Numbered from the stretch's first letter, positions 20,872 to 35,549 are shown. The stretch: DNA of 64,000 nucleotides from Octopus sinensis (GCF_006345805.1 NC_043007.1:48608001-48672000), one strand, 5' to 3'. Numbers and translations are program-made. The notes: generated by a model not told the origin, from the sequence alone.

Positions 20872-22535
20872 ATAATCATCATCATCATTTTCATCATTTA
20901 ATGTCCATCTTCTATGCTGGCATGAGTTGGACAGTTTACAGGAGCTGGCAACCCAGAGAGCTGCACCACACACCAATCATCTGTTTTGGCATGGTTTCTA
21001 TGATTGAATGCCGTTCCTAACACCAGCCACTTTACAGAGGGTACAGGGTACTTTTTACAAGTCAACAGCTCTGGTACCTAGCCAAGTGATATGTCAGATG
21101 AAGACCTCTCAGCTGGGAGAGGGAGTGGAACTGAGGGAAGTGGCTTTGTGCCAGGTGGGAGGGTAGAGTATAATAAAGGGATAGAGACAGATGTTTTACT
21201 ATGAAGGAGATAGTTGACTAACCCAGTAGGAAAAAAAGGACAGGGAGGAGAGATACAATTAGGGAGAAAGAGAAACAACCAAAGTGAGAGAGAGAGAGAG
21301 AGAGAGAGAACGAAATGGTATTGGAGATACATCAGGGTGGGGAACAGTGGAGGGAGAGTATAAGTGATACAGAGGGGATAAAAGGGGATGTTCCATAAGA
21401 GTGTGTGGGGAGATGTTTAGAGAAGTGGAGGAGATGGCTGTAGCAAGTGATGTTGAGAGAAATTTGAGTGGCTGGGAGTAGGCCATGGTAGAGAAGTAAG
21501 GACATGGAGAGTGTGAGGATTGGCACATGAGAGAGTGGATGGGCCTGCAGTGGGTGGTAATCATGAGTGGTGGGAAGAAGAGGGGGGTATTGGTGAGATG
21601 TGTTGTGAGAGAGTTTTGACAGAGGACAGATTATGTGAGTGGGCTAAGGACATGCCTGTATGTATAGATGCCCATGAATTTTCTTTGCTTGATGTGTCTT
21701 CTCAAGCACAGCATATCACTAGCAGTCTTGGTCCCTTATCATCTACTTTGAGAGGCTCAACATCTGAACATTTCTCACCACTTCATCCCACATTCCTGGG
21801 AGTAACCTCACCCACAGGTTCCCTTCACAATTAGAGATTGTACATGTACACTGACATTGCACATTCAGCAGAACATGTTGACTCCATTTCTTTCAAACCT
21901 TCACATGTCCTCTGCAGTCACTGCCATGTAACATAGCTGTTTGTACACAGGCACCACACAATCTGCCTTTCACTCTGAGGGAGAGGCCTTTGTTACCAAC
22001 AAAGGGCCTTTGACACCAACAACAGTTGCAGTTCTCTGAACTTTGCATAGCTGGTTCTTATTCTAATGACACTGCACTTTCAGAGCATCCTCCTCAACTG
22101 CTAGCTTGGTCACCAAGGTAATGGAAGTTATCTTCTACTTCTAAAGACACACCCTACTCCCACCCACACCAGACATTTGTGGAAGTATATTTTTTGTACA
22201 TTCCTGTGTTTAATGTATCTACACATCTGCCACACACAAAGACTACTTTCTCTTGCTACAATACTGTTGCATCTCATGTGTCCATAGCTTACACTGAGTA
22301 TATTGTATAGAATTTCAACCTATACCCTTTCTACATATCAAGCAGAGCCAACCCCTTGAAGGGATTAGTAATTTGTCTACTTCCTACTTACTAGGACTTT
22401 GGTCTTTACAAAATTAACTCTAAGACCCTTTGATTCCAGACCTTGCTTCCATACCTAAAATTTCTTCTCTAATTCAAGTAGACATTCAGCCATAAGAACA
22501 AGGTCATCACTGTATAGGAGCTCAAAAGGGGCAAC
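20872..22535 (-). mobile_element. Old 5'-truncated RTE LINE with long pyrimidine-rich 3'UTR
   Basis: (CAT)n tail at 20872; degraded LYTDD..., PHD region and LP.LVTK remnants at 21840-22535. Confidence 0.7.
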
Positions 22536-23419
22536 CAGTCATACATGTGTGTGTGTGTACATTCAGGACTTTTAGGCTTCTGTATCAACAATTTGATGAT
22601 CATTACATAGTTTTGGCTGTGCAAGTCTGATGTGCATGGCACTATTGATTACAAAAACATGAACATCCTACATAACAAATGGACATGCTTTTTGAAATCA
22701 ATGCTACAATGCATAGTGGGGCAGCACAACTGCAGACATGCAGCAATCATTGAATTGTTGACACAATGACTTAATATTCTGAATGCAAGTCTCCATATCT
22801 GTATCAGTCATTAATTCTAGTCCTCTATTTCCAATGATACTGAGTTCTATCTATTTTGTCATCATATGTGGTTAATCTGTGTGTGCGTGCGTGTGTGTGT
22901 GTGTATGTGTGTGTGCGTGCGTTTTTTCTTTTTAATCTTATACATAAATGTCAATTTTTGTCTGTTGATCAGTCAGTTACCATCTTACTGTCTACCACAG
23001 TGAACCAATCTTGACAAAACTTTGCTCACATGTTAAGCTAACATCCAGTTCAATTATAAGCTAACTGAATTTCAATAAAAGTCTATAATGGGCCCCCTGG
23101 TGGGGTGGGTGATTATTTAATAAAAAGAGAAGGGTGCAAAGAGTGTTAGTGTGAGGGAAATGTGGTGGCATAGTGTGAAACAGTTGAGCAGATATGTGAA
23201 ACAGTTGAACAGATATGTAAATAATTTAAAAAGGAAAAAGTCCTCAAAGTTTTTTGTGGAAAAACTGCACAAATCTGTCCTGATCAAGAGGCCTATCTGT
23301 TGGGGAAGATATGGTCTGACAGGGAATAAACAAAAATTTATATAAGACATTCTATTGTAAAAATTGCTCAGCAATGACAGGCTATTCAGCTAGTTTAGAA
23401 TAAATTTTGACTGGCCACC

Positions 23420-24900
23420 TACTTCGTAGCAAAGTTGCAAAGGAAAGCATCTTGTGTTGTCCATCATCCTTTAAATATTAAGAAGGTTTTGTAAATTTTT
23501 AGTCTCAGATATTGAGATCACTTGTAGTGTATGAATTAAGGATCCCAAGTTCAGTCATACTTTGCTTCAAATAAGTTGATATGTATCCTGTTGCTCCGAT
23601 TATGATAGCTATGAAGCTGAAAGTTTATCTTGGATACTGGATTTGCAAACTCCTTATAAATGATCCCTAGATGTCCTCTTTCTCTTGTCTTTTTCTAAGT
23701 ACATTGGCATCCAGAAGGATGCTGATTTCCACAACAGAACAGATCTTTTCCTTGTGGTCTTACACAACAATATCTGGCTGACTGTGTTTTAATGGTGGCT
23801 GTTTGAATTTTCAGATTCCACCAATAATCTTTTGACCCATAGAGTGAATATAATCAACTTTGTCTGTAGGTTTTTTCTTTTTGGTTATCCTGTTCCAGAC
23901 TGTTCAGGCCACTGCATCATGTCTCATGGGAAGATAATATCAGGAAGACATTCTCTCACAGTTGGCAATACTGTAATTGATGTCTTCAGTTTTAGTCTTG
24001 CATAGCCTACATTAGTTGTCCAGCAATGCTTTCTGTATTTTATGCTGTAGTACTTGGTGGGGATCTTGTGTTCTTAATTACATGGAAGTAGAATTTGAAG
24101 GGGAATGTCATAAATTTGTCAGTACACCATGCCAAGCTTTTGACATAATCAGTCCTTTGCACAGTTTGTGTTTTTCATGCCAAAGTACCCATGTACTATC
24201 TTCTGGGTGAACTGGTCTATTTTTTTATTTTACTCTTCTGATAAACAGATTTTATCAATGCTCCTTGGGGAGAGATCTGTATCAGCTTTTATTTCATGCA
24301 TTTCATGGTCACAAACTTGAGCAAGATAGTTTATTCGTCTCTTTCTTCTGCTGTAGATGTTGTTTCAGAGCCACAATACTGCTTCATATGACATCAATAC
24401 ACATTTGAGACCACAATCACCCACCTTGTGTGAGAAGTATAGCCTGTTTACAACACCATTAATATTGAAGTTTCCTGTAATACTGAACAGCTTACAAGTT
24501 CAAACATCAATCACATTGAGTTCTTGTGATAACCAATTCAGAAGGCCAAATGTAGGAATGAGGACAGACAGTGCAATAAGCTTGTTGTAAGCTGAGAGTT
24601 CTGATGCCCATATTATTTTTACTCTCTGAAAGTATTCATTCCTGGTCCTCTCGTTATTTATGGGTTCATCATATTTGATATTCTCATCTTGTCCAAGATA
24701 ACTATAATTATCACCTGTCTGTTGAGGTTGTATTGTGAAGCCATTCATTTTTAGAGTTTCAGGAGCAAACACAACTTTTCTACATTTTATTGTTAAAAAT
24801 GCACGTTTGGACTCACCAAATTTCATTATGTAAGTATGTATATTTATAGCAGAGTCTGGTGCTTTAACCTGTGATGAAATATTCTGAAGTTGCAGTCTGT
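23420..24900 (-). mobile_element. Degraded RLE-type (R4/Dong/NeSL-like) non-LTR retrotransposon
   Basis: ORF 24500-24904 YSYLG...YFQRVKIIWASELSAYNK...; downstream remnants of C..C...H..S.C and PDIVV..D motifs. Confidence 0.65.
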
Positions 24901-24989
24901 TCATTGTTACAGAATGATTATATATATGGGCGTATATACATATATATATTTGTTTGTTTGTTTGTTTGTTTGTTTGTGTGTGTGTGTGT

Positions 24990-25400
24990 GTCTTTTATCT
25001 TTTATTTGTCTCAGCCATTTGACTGTGGCCATGCAGGGACACCGCCTTGAAGGGTTTTAGTCAAACAAATCAACCTTAGGACTTATTTTTTTGAAGTCTA
25101 GTACTTGTTCTATCAGTCTCTTTTGCCAAAGCACTAAGTTATGGGGATATAAACACATCACCACCGGTTGTCAAGTAGTGGTGACAAATACAGGCATGGA
25201 GACACACACACATAGATATATACATATATACATATATGATAAGCTTCTTTCAGTTTCTTTCCACCCAAACCACTCACAAGGTTCTGGTCGGCCTGAGGCT
25301 ATAGTAGAAGATACTTGCCCAAGGTGCCACACAGTGGGACTGATCCCAGAACCATGTGGTTGAGAAGCAAGTTTCTTACTACACAGCCATGTCTGCACCT
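24990..25400 (-). mobile_element. SINE family A, full length
   Basis: Reverse complement of the 2003-2423 family. Confidence 0.85.
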
Positions 25401-25457
25401 GTATATATATATATATATCATCATCATCATCATCATCGTCATGATACATATATATAC

Positions 25458-25506
<49 letters not shown>

Positions 25507-25525
25507 ATATATTTGTATGTGTATA

Positions 25526-25725
25526 TCATCATCGTTTAACGTCTGTTTTCCATGTTAGCATGGGTTGGATGATTTGACTGAGGACTGGCGAGCCAGGACT
25601 ACGATTTCCCTTGACTCAACAGGTCTTCTGAAGCACAGCATATTGCCTGACAATTGAAGGATACTTTTAAACAGGTCGGTTATGCAACACTGGCATCACC
25701 ATGGCTACGATCTCACTGATTAAAA
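25526..25725 (-). mobile_element. RTE LINE 3' tail fragment
   Basis: catcatcgtttaacgtctgttttccatgttagcatgggttgg. Confidence 0.8.
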
Positions 25726-25989
25726 GTGGATGTTGCATAAGAACACACAAATACTACAACATTTACCAAGAGAGAAAAAACTCTCATATGGTTTTGCAGA
25801 GCATAAATGCACATCATATCTAGTGTCAGCAGTAGACGACCACTGTTATTTCCTCTGCCAGAACTACCAGATCACGTGATTTCAGCCTCTTTTGGCCTTG
25901 TCAATGGTAGATACCTGGCTGTGGGAAATAGCAGTAACTGCTTCACTAGCAATATACAGAAATATAGAGCCCAATCAGGCTCTGGTTAT

Positions 25990-26220
25990 GAGGATGAGGA
26001 TGAGGATGCTGCTGCTGCTGATGATGATGATGAGCAGGAGGAGGAGGACAATGTTGATAAGAATGATGATGGAGATGATGGCAGTAACAATGATGATGAC
26101 AAAGATGGTGGGGGAGGTGATGGTAATAATGATGATGATGGCAATGATGATGAGAATGATGAGGAGGAGGGAGAAGAAGGGGAAGAAGAGGAGGAAGATG
26201 AGGACAATGATGATTATACT
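25990..26220. repeat. Degenerate (GAT)/(GAG) trinucleotide tract
   Basis: Produces D/E-rich, M-rich and H-rich ORFs in several frames. Confidence 0.9.
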
Positions 26221-26499
26221 GTAGATTGTTAGTAAACCTCTTTAGATACCACATCCACGACACCATACCCATTATCCCCACCACTACACTAGAAATATCC
26301 ACTTAGACTACACACAACACACACACACGCACACACACACAGTAACAAGTTCAGTAATTACTCCACCCTATTCCATCTCCCCCATTTGCAGTTGTAAACT
26401 TTTAGTAATCATCAGTATTACAGGATGTATCGCTGGCAGCTGGAATTGACTGAGTATATTTACACACTTTTCATGTGCTTTTAGTGTAGGATTTTTTTG

Positions 26500-27640
<1,141 letters not shown>

Positions 27641-28269
27641 GGCACACATATATACATGTGTGTGTATGCGTGTGATGGTGGTAAGTGTTGTATTTAAACG
27701 AGGAAGTTGAGGTGAGATGGTGAGAAATTAAAGGCAATGAATGATGACACCGATGACAGTGATTGTGTAATCACTGAAATGATACTTGGAGTTGGTTCTC
27801 ATCACCAAATAGGGTCATGCAGAGATTGGCCGATGTCACCAGTTGTTGTTGTTGTTGTTGTTGTGGCAGCGGCTGTGGTGGTAAAGAGAGGAAGGTATAG
27901 CTCATGATCTATGTGTTATTTAACCCCAGTTCAACTGTGTACATACTTATGATCAAAGATGTTCCAAATTGTGACCACCACCTTCATCATCATCATTTAA
28001 TGTCAATTTTTCCATACCTGCATGGGCAGGATGAGATTTGTTGAGGCAGATTTTTTAAAACCAGATGCCTGTCATGTCACCAGCCTTCACCTGTTTCCCT
28101 ATGGCTAGACATGTTTTTTTTTAAGAAGACTGGAAATGAACAGCCCCACTTGTAGGATAGTGATGCTCAACTAATGGCATATTATCAAGTAAAACAAGTT
28201 AATTGTATCAATATACTTTCTAATGTCTCACTGAAGTAATCTCTGTATACATTGTTAACACAGATATTA

Positions 28270-28423
28270 ACCACCCACTGTGTGTAGAGTGTGAGTAGTA
28301 GCTCCACTGAGTATGAAGTGTGACTAATTTCACTACTGCATGTGAAGTGTGATTAATATCTCCACTGAGTGAGAAATGTAACTAATGTCTTCACTGAGTG
28401 TGGAGTGTGAGTAATATCTCCAA
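28270..28423. repeat. Degenerate 28-29-nt minisatellite x~5
   Basis: ctccactgagtgtg(a/g)agtgtgagtaatat-like units. Confidence 0.65.
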
Positions 28424-29869
28424 AGCATATGGTGGAATATCTTCACCATGAGTGGAGTATAGCCATGGTCTGTACATGGAGTTTCATTCACTGCCAATGT
28501 GGAATATGGAAATGATACATCAAACATGAAGTTTTGATGAAAGGTTTTAATTTATCTTACCTTGAAACAGGAAGTTTGTATCAAAGGATCAGTAGTGGTC
28601 TCAGGTGGACTGATACGGTAACAGTTAATTAAAGGGATTAGATTGAGGAGTAATTTTTTCATATTGGTTTGAATCTTTACAAGCCCCCTGGTACCAATAT
28701 GATTAGGGCAACTAACACTTTGCTTAAACTGTTACAAACCAACACCAGCAGAAAAAACATAAGCAAGGGGAGAGTACCAAGGAAGCAGTTTTCAGAAAAG
28801 GAAGGGCTGTGTGTTGTGGTTAATGTGGGGAAAGGGAGCTGGAGAAGTGGATAGTGCATGGCTGATGAAAAATGGAGGGTCTGATTGGAGGTGGCATGAA
28901 ACCAGCTAGCTCAGAGAAGGAGAGGCTGTTTCAGTAGCAGAGACAGGAGACAGCATGTCCATGGTGCTAAGGTTGGACTGTGTTTGTGAGTGGCCTTATG
29001 CCATGTAAAAGACAAAATAGAAGGAAACATTGAGCATGTTTAGATGGGATTCACATAACTTTGGTGACTTCAAAGGGGTAGAGTCCATTAAAACATGTGT
29101 AAGGAACCCAGAAAAAGAGAAAAAAAGGATACAGTTTAATGGTATGTTAGAAGTCATAGAATATTGATGTTGATTATAGTGTATGTGTGTATGCATGTAT
29201 GTGTGTCTGTGCTTATGTGTACACTGTAGCAGGCAAGTGAGAAGTCCTTCAGTTGTAAAATGTTAGCAGTTGCCCAGCAGTTTTGTATTTTATGACCTGG
29301 AAGAGAAAATCTAACTTTATTGTAATGTTGTTCAGAAATAAAATAATTCAGAGATGGAAAACAATAGATAAGTTAGCGTTAATATGGTAATGGACTGGCA
29401 GATTCAATAAACCAGCAAACAACAGTTCAGGAAGTATTTAGTTATGCTTCTTTACATTCTGCTCTTGAATCTCACCAACATCATCTTTGCTTTTCAACAT
29501 TTTGGGGACAATAAACACAACACCAGTGAAATACTGGGGTTATATTTAATATATGAAATCTCAAAAAGATAACTAGTAACAAATGCAGGGTGTGAAAAAA
29601 CATTATATTAGTATTATCATCATTAAAACAACATATAAGGGGGATAATTCTAGACATGTTTCAGTATAAATCTGAGCGCATAAGCAAAACAACCTTCAGT
29701 GTAATGAGACAATTTGTAAAATACTAACTAACAATCTATTGCATATATTTTCTTTATCACACTGCCTATTTCTAGTTATCTCATTTGAATATACATCTTA
29801 TCTAAATATGTATCTTATTTAAATATGTTCACACTAATTTACTGATTATAAAACACTTGTTACCTATGA

Positions 29870-30060
29870 GTCAATGAGAGAGCTTTTGTGTGGTCTTTCT
29901 AGAAATAACAGCTAAATTTCCTTCAAGTCATAACCTATTCACTTAAATAAATAAAATTGATGTTGGACAATGTAGTCTCTGGTATACATAAAAATGAGAT
30001 GGTCATGTTCTGGAATGGCTTTGAGCATACATTTACTGACTTGTAGCTAAACAACAATGC
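29870..30060 (-). mobile_element. Dispersed repeat family C (SINE-like)
   Basis: Minus strand gttgtttagc...ccagaacatgaccatc...gactacattgtcc...gaaatttagctgttatttctag; related copies near 37840, 39650, 40440, 45390, 51150, 54620. Confidence 0.65.
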
Positions 30061-30149
30061 TTTCAGCTATCTTATTTATTATTAATATTATTACAAATAT
30101 TATTAATTATTATTACCAATACTAATAATTAATAGTATTATTCTGCCAG

Positions 30150-30359
30150 CTTGCTGCTGGCAGAATAGTTGGCATGCCTGGCAAAATGTTTAGCAGCATT
30201 TTGTTCATCTTGTCATTCTGAGTTCAAATTCTGCCAGGGTTGACTTTACCTTTCATCCTTTTGGGATTAAAAAAATAAGCACCAGTTCAACAATGGGGTT
30301 GAAGTAATCAACTAGTCCCCTCCCTCAAAATTCCAGGCCTTGTGCTTTTAGTGGAAAGG

Positions 30360-30392
<33 letters not shown>

Positions 30393-30850
30393 ATTATTAT
30401 TATTATTAATAATATTACTAAGGCGGTGAGCTAGCAGAATCGTTTGCACACCAAAAAATGCTTTGCAGCAATTCATCTATCTTTACATTCTGAGTTCAAA
30501 TTCTGCCAAGGTAGACTATACCTTTCATCCTTTTGGGGTTGATGATATAAGTACCAGTTACACACTGGAGTCAATGTAATTGATTATCCCCCTTCCCCCA
30601 AAATTCCAGGCCTTGTGCCTATAGTAGAAAGGATTATTACTATTATTATTAATAAGGTGGCAAACTAGCAGAATCATTAGCATGCCAGGTGAAATGGCTA
30701 GCAGCATTTCATCCATCTTCACATTCTGAGTTCAAATTCCACCAAGGTGCACTTTGCCTTTCAGCCTTTTGGGGTCGGTAGAATAAGAACTGGTTGAGTA
30801 CTTAACCCCTCCCCCGATACTGCTGGCCTTGTGTCAAAATTTGAAACCAT
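30150..30850 (+). mobile_element. Three head-to-tail copies of tRNA-derived SINE family B separated by (TTA/TTG)n
   Basis: Each ~210 nt: ggtgagctagcagaatcg...ctgagttcaaattc...ctttcatccttttggggt...aagtaccag...aaaattccaggccttgtgcc...gaaaggatt(att)n. Confidence 0.88.
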
Positions 30851-30853
30851 TAC

Positions 30854-30894
<41 letters not shown>

Positions 30895-30895
<1 letters not shown>

Positions 30896-32108
30896 TTGAT
30901 GAAAACTCACAGCTTATTTTGCTGGATATGATGGAAAGGTGTCAGCTGTCCACAGGCAGCAGACTAAGGTGACACTTGTTTACTGGTCATGCTTCAAGAC
31001 CCTGTAAACAATTCTTGCAGTTCCAAGCAATGTTGATTTTTGTAGGTGTTCTACCTTTACATTTGAACCAGTCTTTTTGAGCCATGTTGTTAGTTGAATG
31101 CTGATACTTCTAAGTGTGCCAGTTACTATTGGTCCACATCTGCTCTCCTCATTGACCAATTCAAATTGTCATAGTTGTTCAGTTTTTCTTGTTCTTTATC
31201 ATTGATCTTGTTGTTACCAGGACATGCTACGTCAATTATCATGCATGTTCTTTCTTTTTTTTCCCCTGCAACAATGTCTGGTCGGGTTATTGCACTGAAT
31301 CATTGCATCCCACAAGATTTTGCAATTTTCTTTCTCTGTGGGTTTTCTCATACCACATCTTTGCTCTTTGTAAGCTGTGATTTCCACAGAGCTCCCAATG
31401 GATCATTCATGCTACCTTGTCATGTTGTCTTTTGTATTCACATTGTGTTAATTTCAACCATTCACTAACAATGGGCCATAGAGTTTCATCCCTTTCACCA
31501 CACATTCTGCGTTTGTCTCTGTCAGTAGCGTTGTCAATTCTGCACTTTACATTGTTAGCCCTTAACACTTGTTCTTGTGCTGTGCATATAAGTGCTTCTG
31601 TCTCTATCTTCAGGTCACTCCTCCTCATCCATAGCCACTGGACTTCTGTATCTGTCTTGGTGTTCATATCTCTTGCAAACTGACCATACATCTTTTTTTC
31701 CTTCCCTGCTGTTTCTTTTTATGTGTTCTTTTCCTCTTTAAGTTTTTCTTTCTTTACCCAATTATAAGTTTTAATGACACCAGCCTTCTTCATATGTTTC
31801 AGCAACAGTTTCAAGGTATTTTTTACATATCACCCTAAGCTGTTTTCCTCTGCTTTGATATAATCCTGGTAACTGATCAAACCTCTCCCACACTTTTTCT
31901 GGCCAAGTGCAGCCTATCAGTGTCACTCTTAGGGTAGAAGGTTCTGTGCACTGTCAACATTTTTCTTCACTTCATATCCATGTTTATCAGTTCTTTCTTT
32001 TGCCATTTTATGATTCCAGCTCCTTATGAAAGTGATGCTATCACCCATGCTTGCATTTTATTCCATCCAGTCATTTTTGAGCACAACATCAATCTTAGTC
32101 TTCTTGGT
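30895..32108 (-). mobile_element. 5'-truncated R4/Dong-like RLE LINE flanked on both sides by (TTA)n
   Basis: Minus-strand remnants MYGQF.RD...WLWM..SDLK.ETEALIC.AQEQ, RMCGERDETL..IVSE, LQKSTLLGTARI. Confidence 0.85.
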
Positions 32109-32154
32109 ATTATTATTGTTGTTGTTGTTGTTATTTGGTTATTATTATTATTGT

Positions 32155-32400
32155 AGAAGCATGTGGCTTAGTGGTTAGGGTGCTGGACTCATGATAGTAA
32201 GGTTGTAGTTTTGATTCATGGACCAGACAATACATTGTTCTTAAGCAAAAAAACCTTCTTTCCACATTGTTCAGTCTACTCAGCTAGCAAAAATGAGCAA
32301 TCCTGCAAGGGACCAGCATCCTCTCCAGGGAGGTATATATGCACCATCAAAACCTGAAAACCAGCCCTATGAGTCTATATGACTCAGGAAGGATCTTTAT
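32155..32400 (+). mobile_element. tRNA-head SINE with CORE-like domain (degraded)
   Basis: gtggctagtggttagggtgctggactc...ttcttaagcaaaa...ctactcagctagcaaaaatgag. Confidence 0.6.
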
Positions 32401-32439
32401 CCTTGTATCTATTATTATTGTTGTCGTTACTACTACTAC

Positions 32440-32650
32440 TAAAGCAGTGAGCTGGCAGAATCAACATATCAGAGAAAATGCTTAGTAGCATTTCTTTTGG
32501 CTCCTTACATTTTGTGCTCAAATCCTGATCAGCTCAACTTTGTTTTTCATCTTTGAGGACTGATAAACTAAAGAATTAGACAAGTACTGAAGTCAACAGA
32601 ATCAACTTGCACCTGTCCCTGAAAATTGTTGGTTTTGTGCCAAAATTAAA
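32440..32650 (+). mobile_element. SINE family B (degraded)
   Basis: aagcagtgagctggcagaatc head and family-B body. Confidence 0.75.
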
Positions 32651-32702
32651 AAAATATATTATCATTATTATTATTATTGTTATTATTATTATTATTGTTA
32701 TA

Positions 32703-32755
<53 letters not shown>

Positions 32756-32759
32756 CATT

Positions 32760-33940
32760 ATGTAATGAAAACTCACAGCTTATTTTGCTGGGTATAATGG
32801 AAAGTGTCAGCTGTCCACAGCCAGCAGACTAAAGTGACATTTGTTTACTGGGTATGCTTCAAGAAACCCACAAAGAATTCTTGCAGTTCCAAGCAATGCT
32901 GATTTCTGTAGGTATTCTACCTTTATACTTGCACCAATCTTTTTCAACCATGTTGGTAGTTGAGTGCTGATACTTCCAAGAGTGCTAGTCACTATTGGTA
33001 TCACGTCCACTCTCCTTATTGACTACAACCTTCATATTTCCCATTTTCAAATCATCATAATTGTTTATTTTTTTCTTCTTCTTTCTCATTGATCCTGTTG
33101 TCACTGGGGCATGCTATGTCAACTATCATGCATGTTCTTTCTTTTTTATTCACTATCATAATGTCTGGTTTCTGATGTCTGGTCGAGTTATTGCACTGAA
33201 TCATTGTATCCCACAGGATTTTACAATTCTCATTCTCAGTGACTCCTTCTGCGGTTTGCTCATACCACATCTTTGCTCTTTGTAGGCCGTGATTTCCACA
33301 GAGCTCCCAATGGATCATTCTTGCCACCTTGTCATGGTGTCTTTTGTATTAGCATTGTGCAAATTTCGGACATTCACTAAACAATGTGCCATACCATTTC
33401 ACCCCTCTCACCATACATTCTGCATTTGTCACTGTCGGTAGTGTTGTCAATTCTACACTTCACATAGTTGGTCCTTAATGCTTGTTCTTGAGCTGCACAT
33501 ACAAGAGCTTTTGTCACTATCTTCAGGTCACTCCTCATCCATAGTCACTGGTTGTCTGTATCTGTCTTAGCATTCACATCCCTTGCGAACTGATTGTATA
33601 TTGTTTCCTCTTTCCATGCAGTTCCTTTTTTTTGTGTTCATTTCTTAAAATTTTTCTTTCATTACCCAATTCTCAGTTTTGATGATGCCAGATTTCTTCA
33701 TATCTTTCAACAATGGCTCTACGGCATTTTGTATATACCACCCCAAGCTGTTTTCCTCTGCTTCGATACAGTCCTGGCAACTGATCAAGCCTCTCCCACC
33801 CTTTCTTCTGGACTGATAGTACAAAAAGCCTTCCACCCTGAAAGTGACACCGATAGGCTGTACTTGTCCAGAAGGAAAGGTGGAAGAGGCTTGATCAGAT
33901 GCCAGGACTGTATCGAAGGAGAGGAAAACAACTTAGGGTG

Positions 33941-33943
<3 letters not shown>
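32760..33943 (-). mobile_element. 5'-truncated R4/Dong-like RLE LINE with 5' inversion, flanked by (TTA)n
   Basis: ORFs 33055-33327 (ARMIHWELC...KPDIMIV...DIACP) and 32807-33010 (LQKSALLGTARIL); RRKGGRGL is present on both strands. Confidence 0.88.
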
Positions 33944-33971
<28 letters not shown>

Positions 33972-34002
33972 GATTATTATTATTATTATTATTATCATTA
34001 TT

Positions 34003-34712
34003 AAGCAGTGAGCTGGCAGAATTGTTAACACACCAGGCAAAATGTTCAGTGGTATTTTGTCTATCTTCACATTCTGAGTTTGAATTCCACCTTTCAGTGT
34101 CGATAAAATAAGTACCAGCTGAGCACTGGGGTCAATGTAATTGACCTACCCCCTACCACCAAATTTCAAGCATTGTGCCTATAGTAGAAAGGATTATTAT
34201 AAGAGGACATATGGCCAAGTAGTTAGGTTGTTGCACTCACAATTGCAAGATCATGGTTTCAATTCATAGACTGAGTGGTGATTTGTGTTCTTGAGCAAAA
34301 CACTTCTTCTCACATTGCTCTGTAATTACTTCAACACCTAACATGTGGTACACTGTGCACCTGTTCAGGTAACACTTAGTTGATGGAAAGAGTGTGATAA
34401 TGTACAGCACAAACATTTCATCACTATAAATAAATCATTTGTGCAGGCTGAACACTTCAGAGAGTCCACCATCATCATCATCATTATTATTAAGGCAGTG
34501 TGCTGGCACAATTGCTAGCACACCAGGCAAAATACTTAGTGGCATTTGTCTGTCTTTACATTCTGAGTTCAAATTCCACTGAGGTTTACTTTGCCTTTCA
34601 TTCTTTTGGGGTTGATGAAATAAGTACCAAATGTGTACAGGGGTCACTGTAATCAACTAGCTCCCACCCCTCTAAAAATTTCAAGTCTTGCACCTAAAGT
34701 AGAAAGGATTAT
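34003..34712 (+). mobile_element. SINE B - CORE-like SINE - SINE B cluster
   Basis: Family-B heads at ~34003 and ~34490; tRNA/CORE-like SINE at ~34203-34450. Confidence 0.75.
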
Positions 34713-34844
34713 TATTATTATCATTATTATTATTAAATTAAGAAATCAGTTGTTGTTCAGTCCACTTGTCCTTAATTGCCCACTAGTCAAAGCCATTCCA
34801 GCTATGGGTATCACCTTATCCATTACATATGAATATATATATAT

Positions 34845-34966
34845 ATATAGTTGTATGATAAGGAGTTTACTTTCCAACCACATGGTTCTGGGTTCTTCTA
34901 ATATTGCCTCAGTCCAACCAAAGCCTTGTGAGTGGATTTGGCAGACAGAAACTGAAAGTAGCCTGT

Positions 34967-35014
<48 letters not shown>

Positions 35015-35072
35015 ACAGGCTGAAAGTAGCCTGTTGTGTATATATATATATATATATATATACACAACAGCC

Positions 35073-35120
<48 letters not shown>

Positions 35121-35166
35121 ACAGGCTACTTTCAGTTTCTGTCTGCCAAATCCACTCACAAGGCTT
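34845..35166 (+). mobile_element. SINE family A 5' half ending in a (TA)n-centred palindrome
   Basis: Family-A head at ~34845; 34921-34970 is the exact reverse complement of 35117-35166. Confidence 0.85.
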
Positions 35167-35445
35167 ATATTTGCAATATATTATGTATAATGTCATTGCT
35201 GTTATGTAATGGTTTAATAAAGTATTGATTGGGTATTATCTAATGGTTGATGATTGATTTAGGTATGTTTCTCCATTTTCTCATTTTGTATATATATATA
35301 TATATATATAATAAAAGGGTAAAATTAATTAAATAATCAATTATGGTAGTAGAAAAGGCATTTAAACTCCTATTTCTAAATTTGGTGTGTGGCGAAGCAA
35401 TTAGCTGATCCCTGATTATAATTATGTTTATAATTATGGAATATT

Positions 35446-35482
<37 letters not shown>

Positions 35483-35518
35483 GTATATACACACATACAC
35501 ACACATACACATACACAG

Positions 35519-35549
<31 letters not shown>

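Noticed and set aside
25807-26232. Acidic 141-aa ORF containing RRPLLF
   Set aside because: The acidic half is a GAT/GAG microsatellite. The RPLLF match to FAM161 is on the wrong strand and lacks supporting context.
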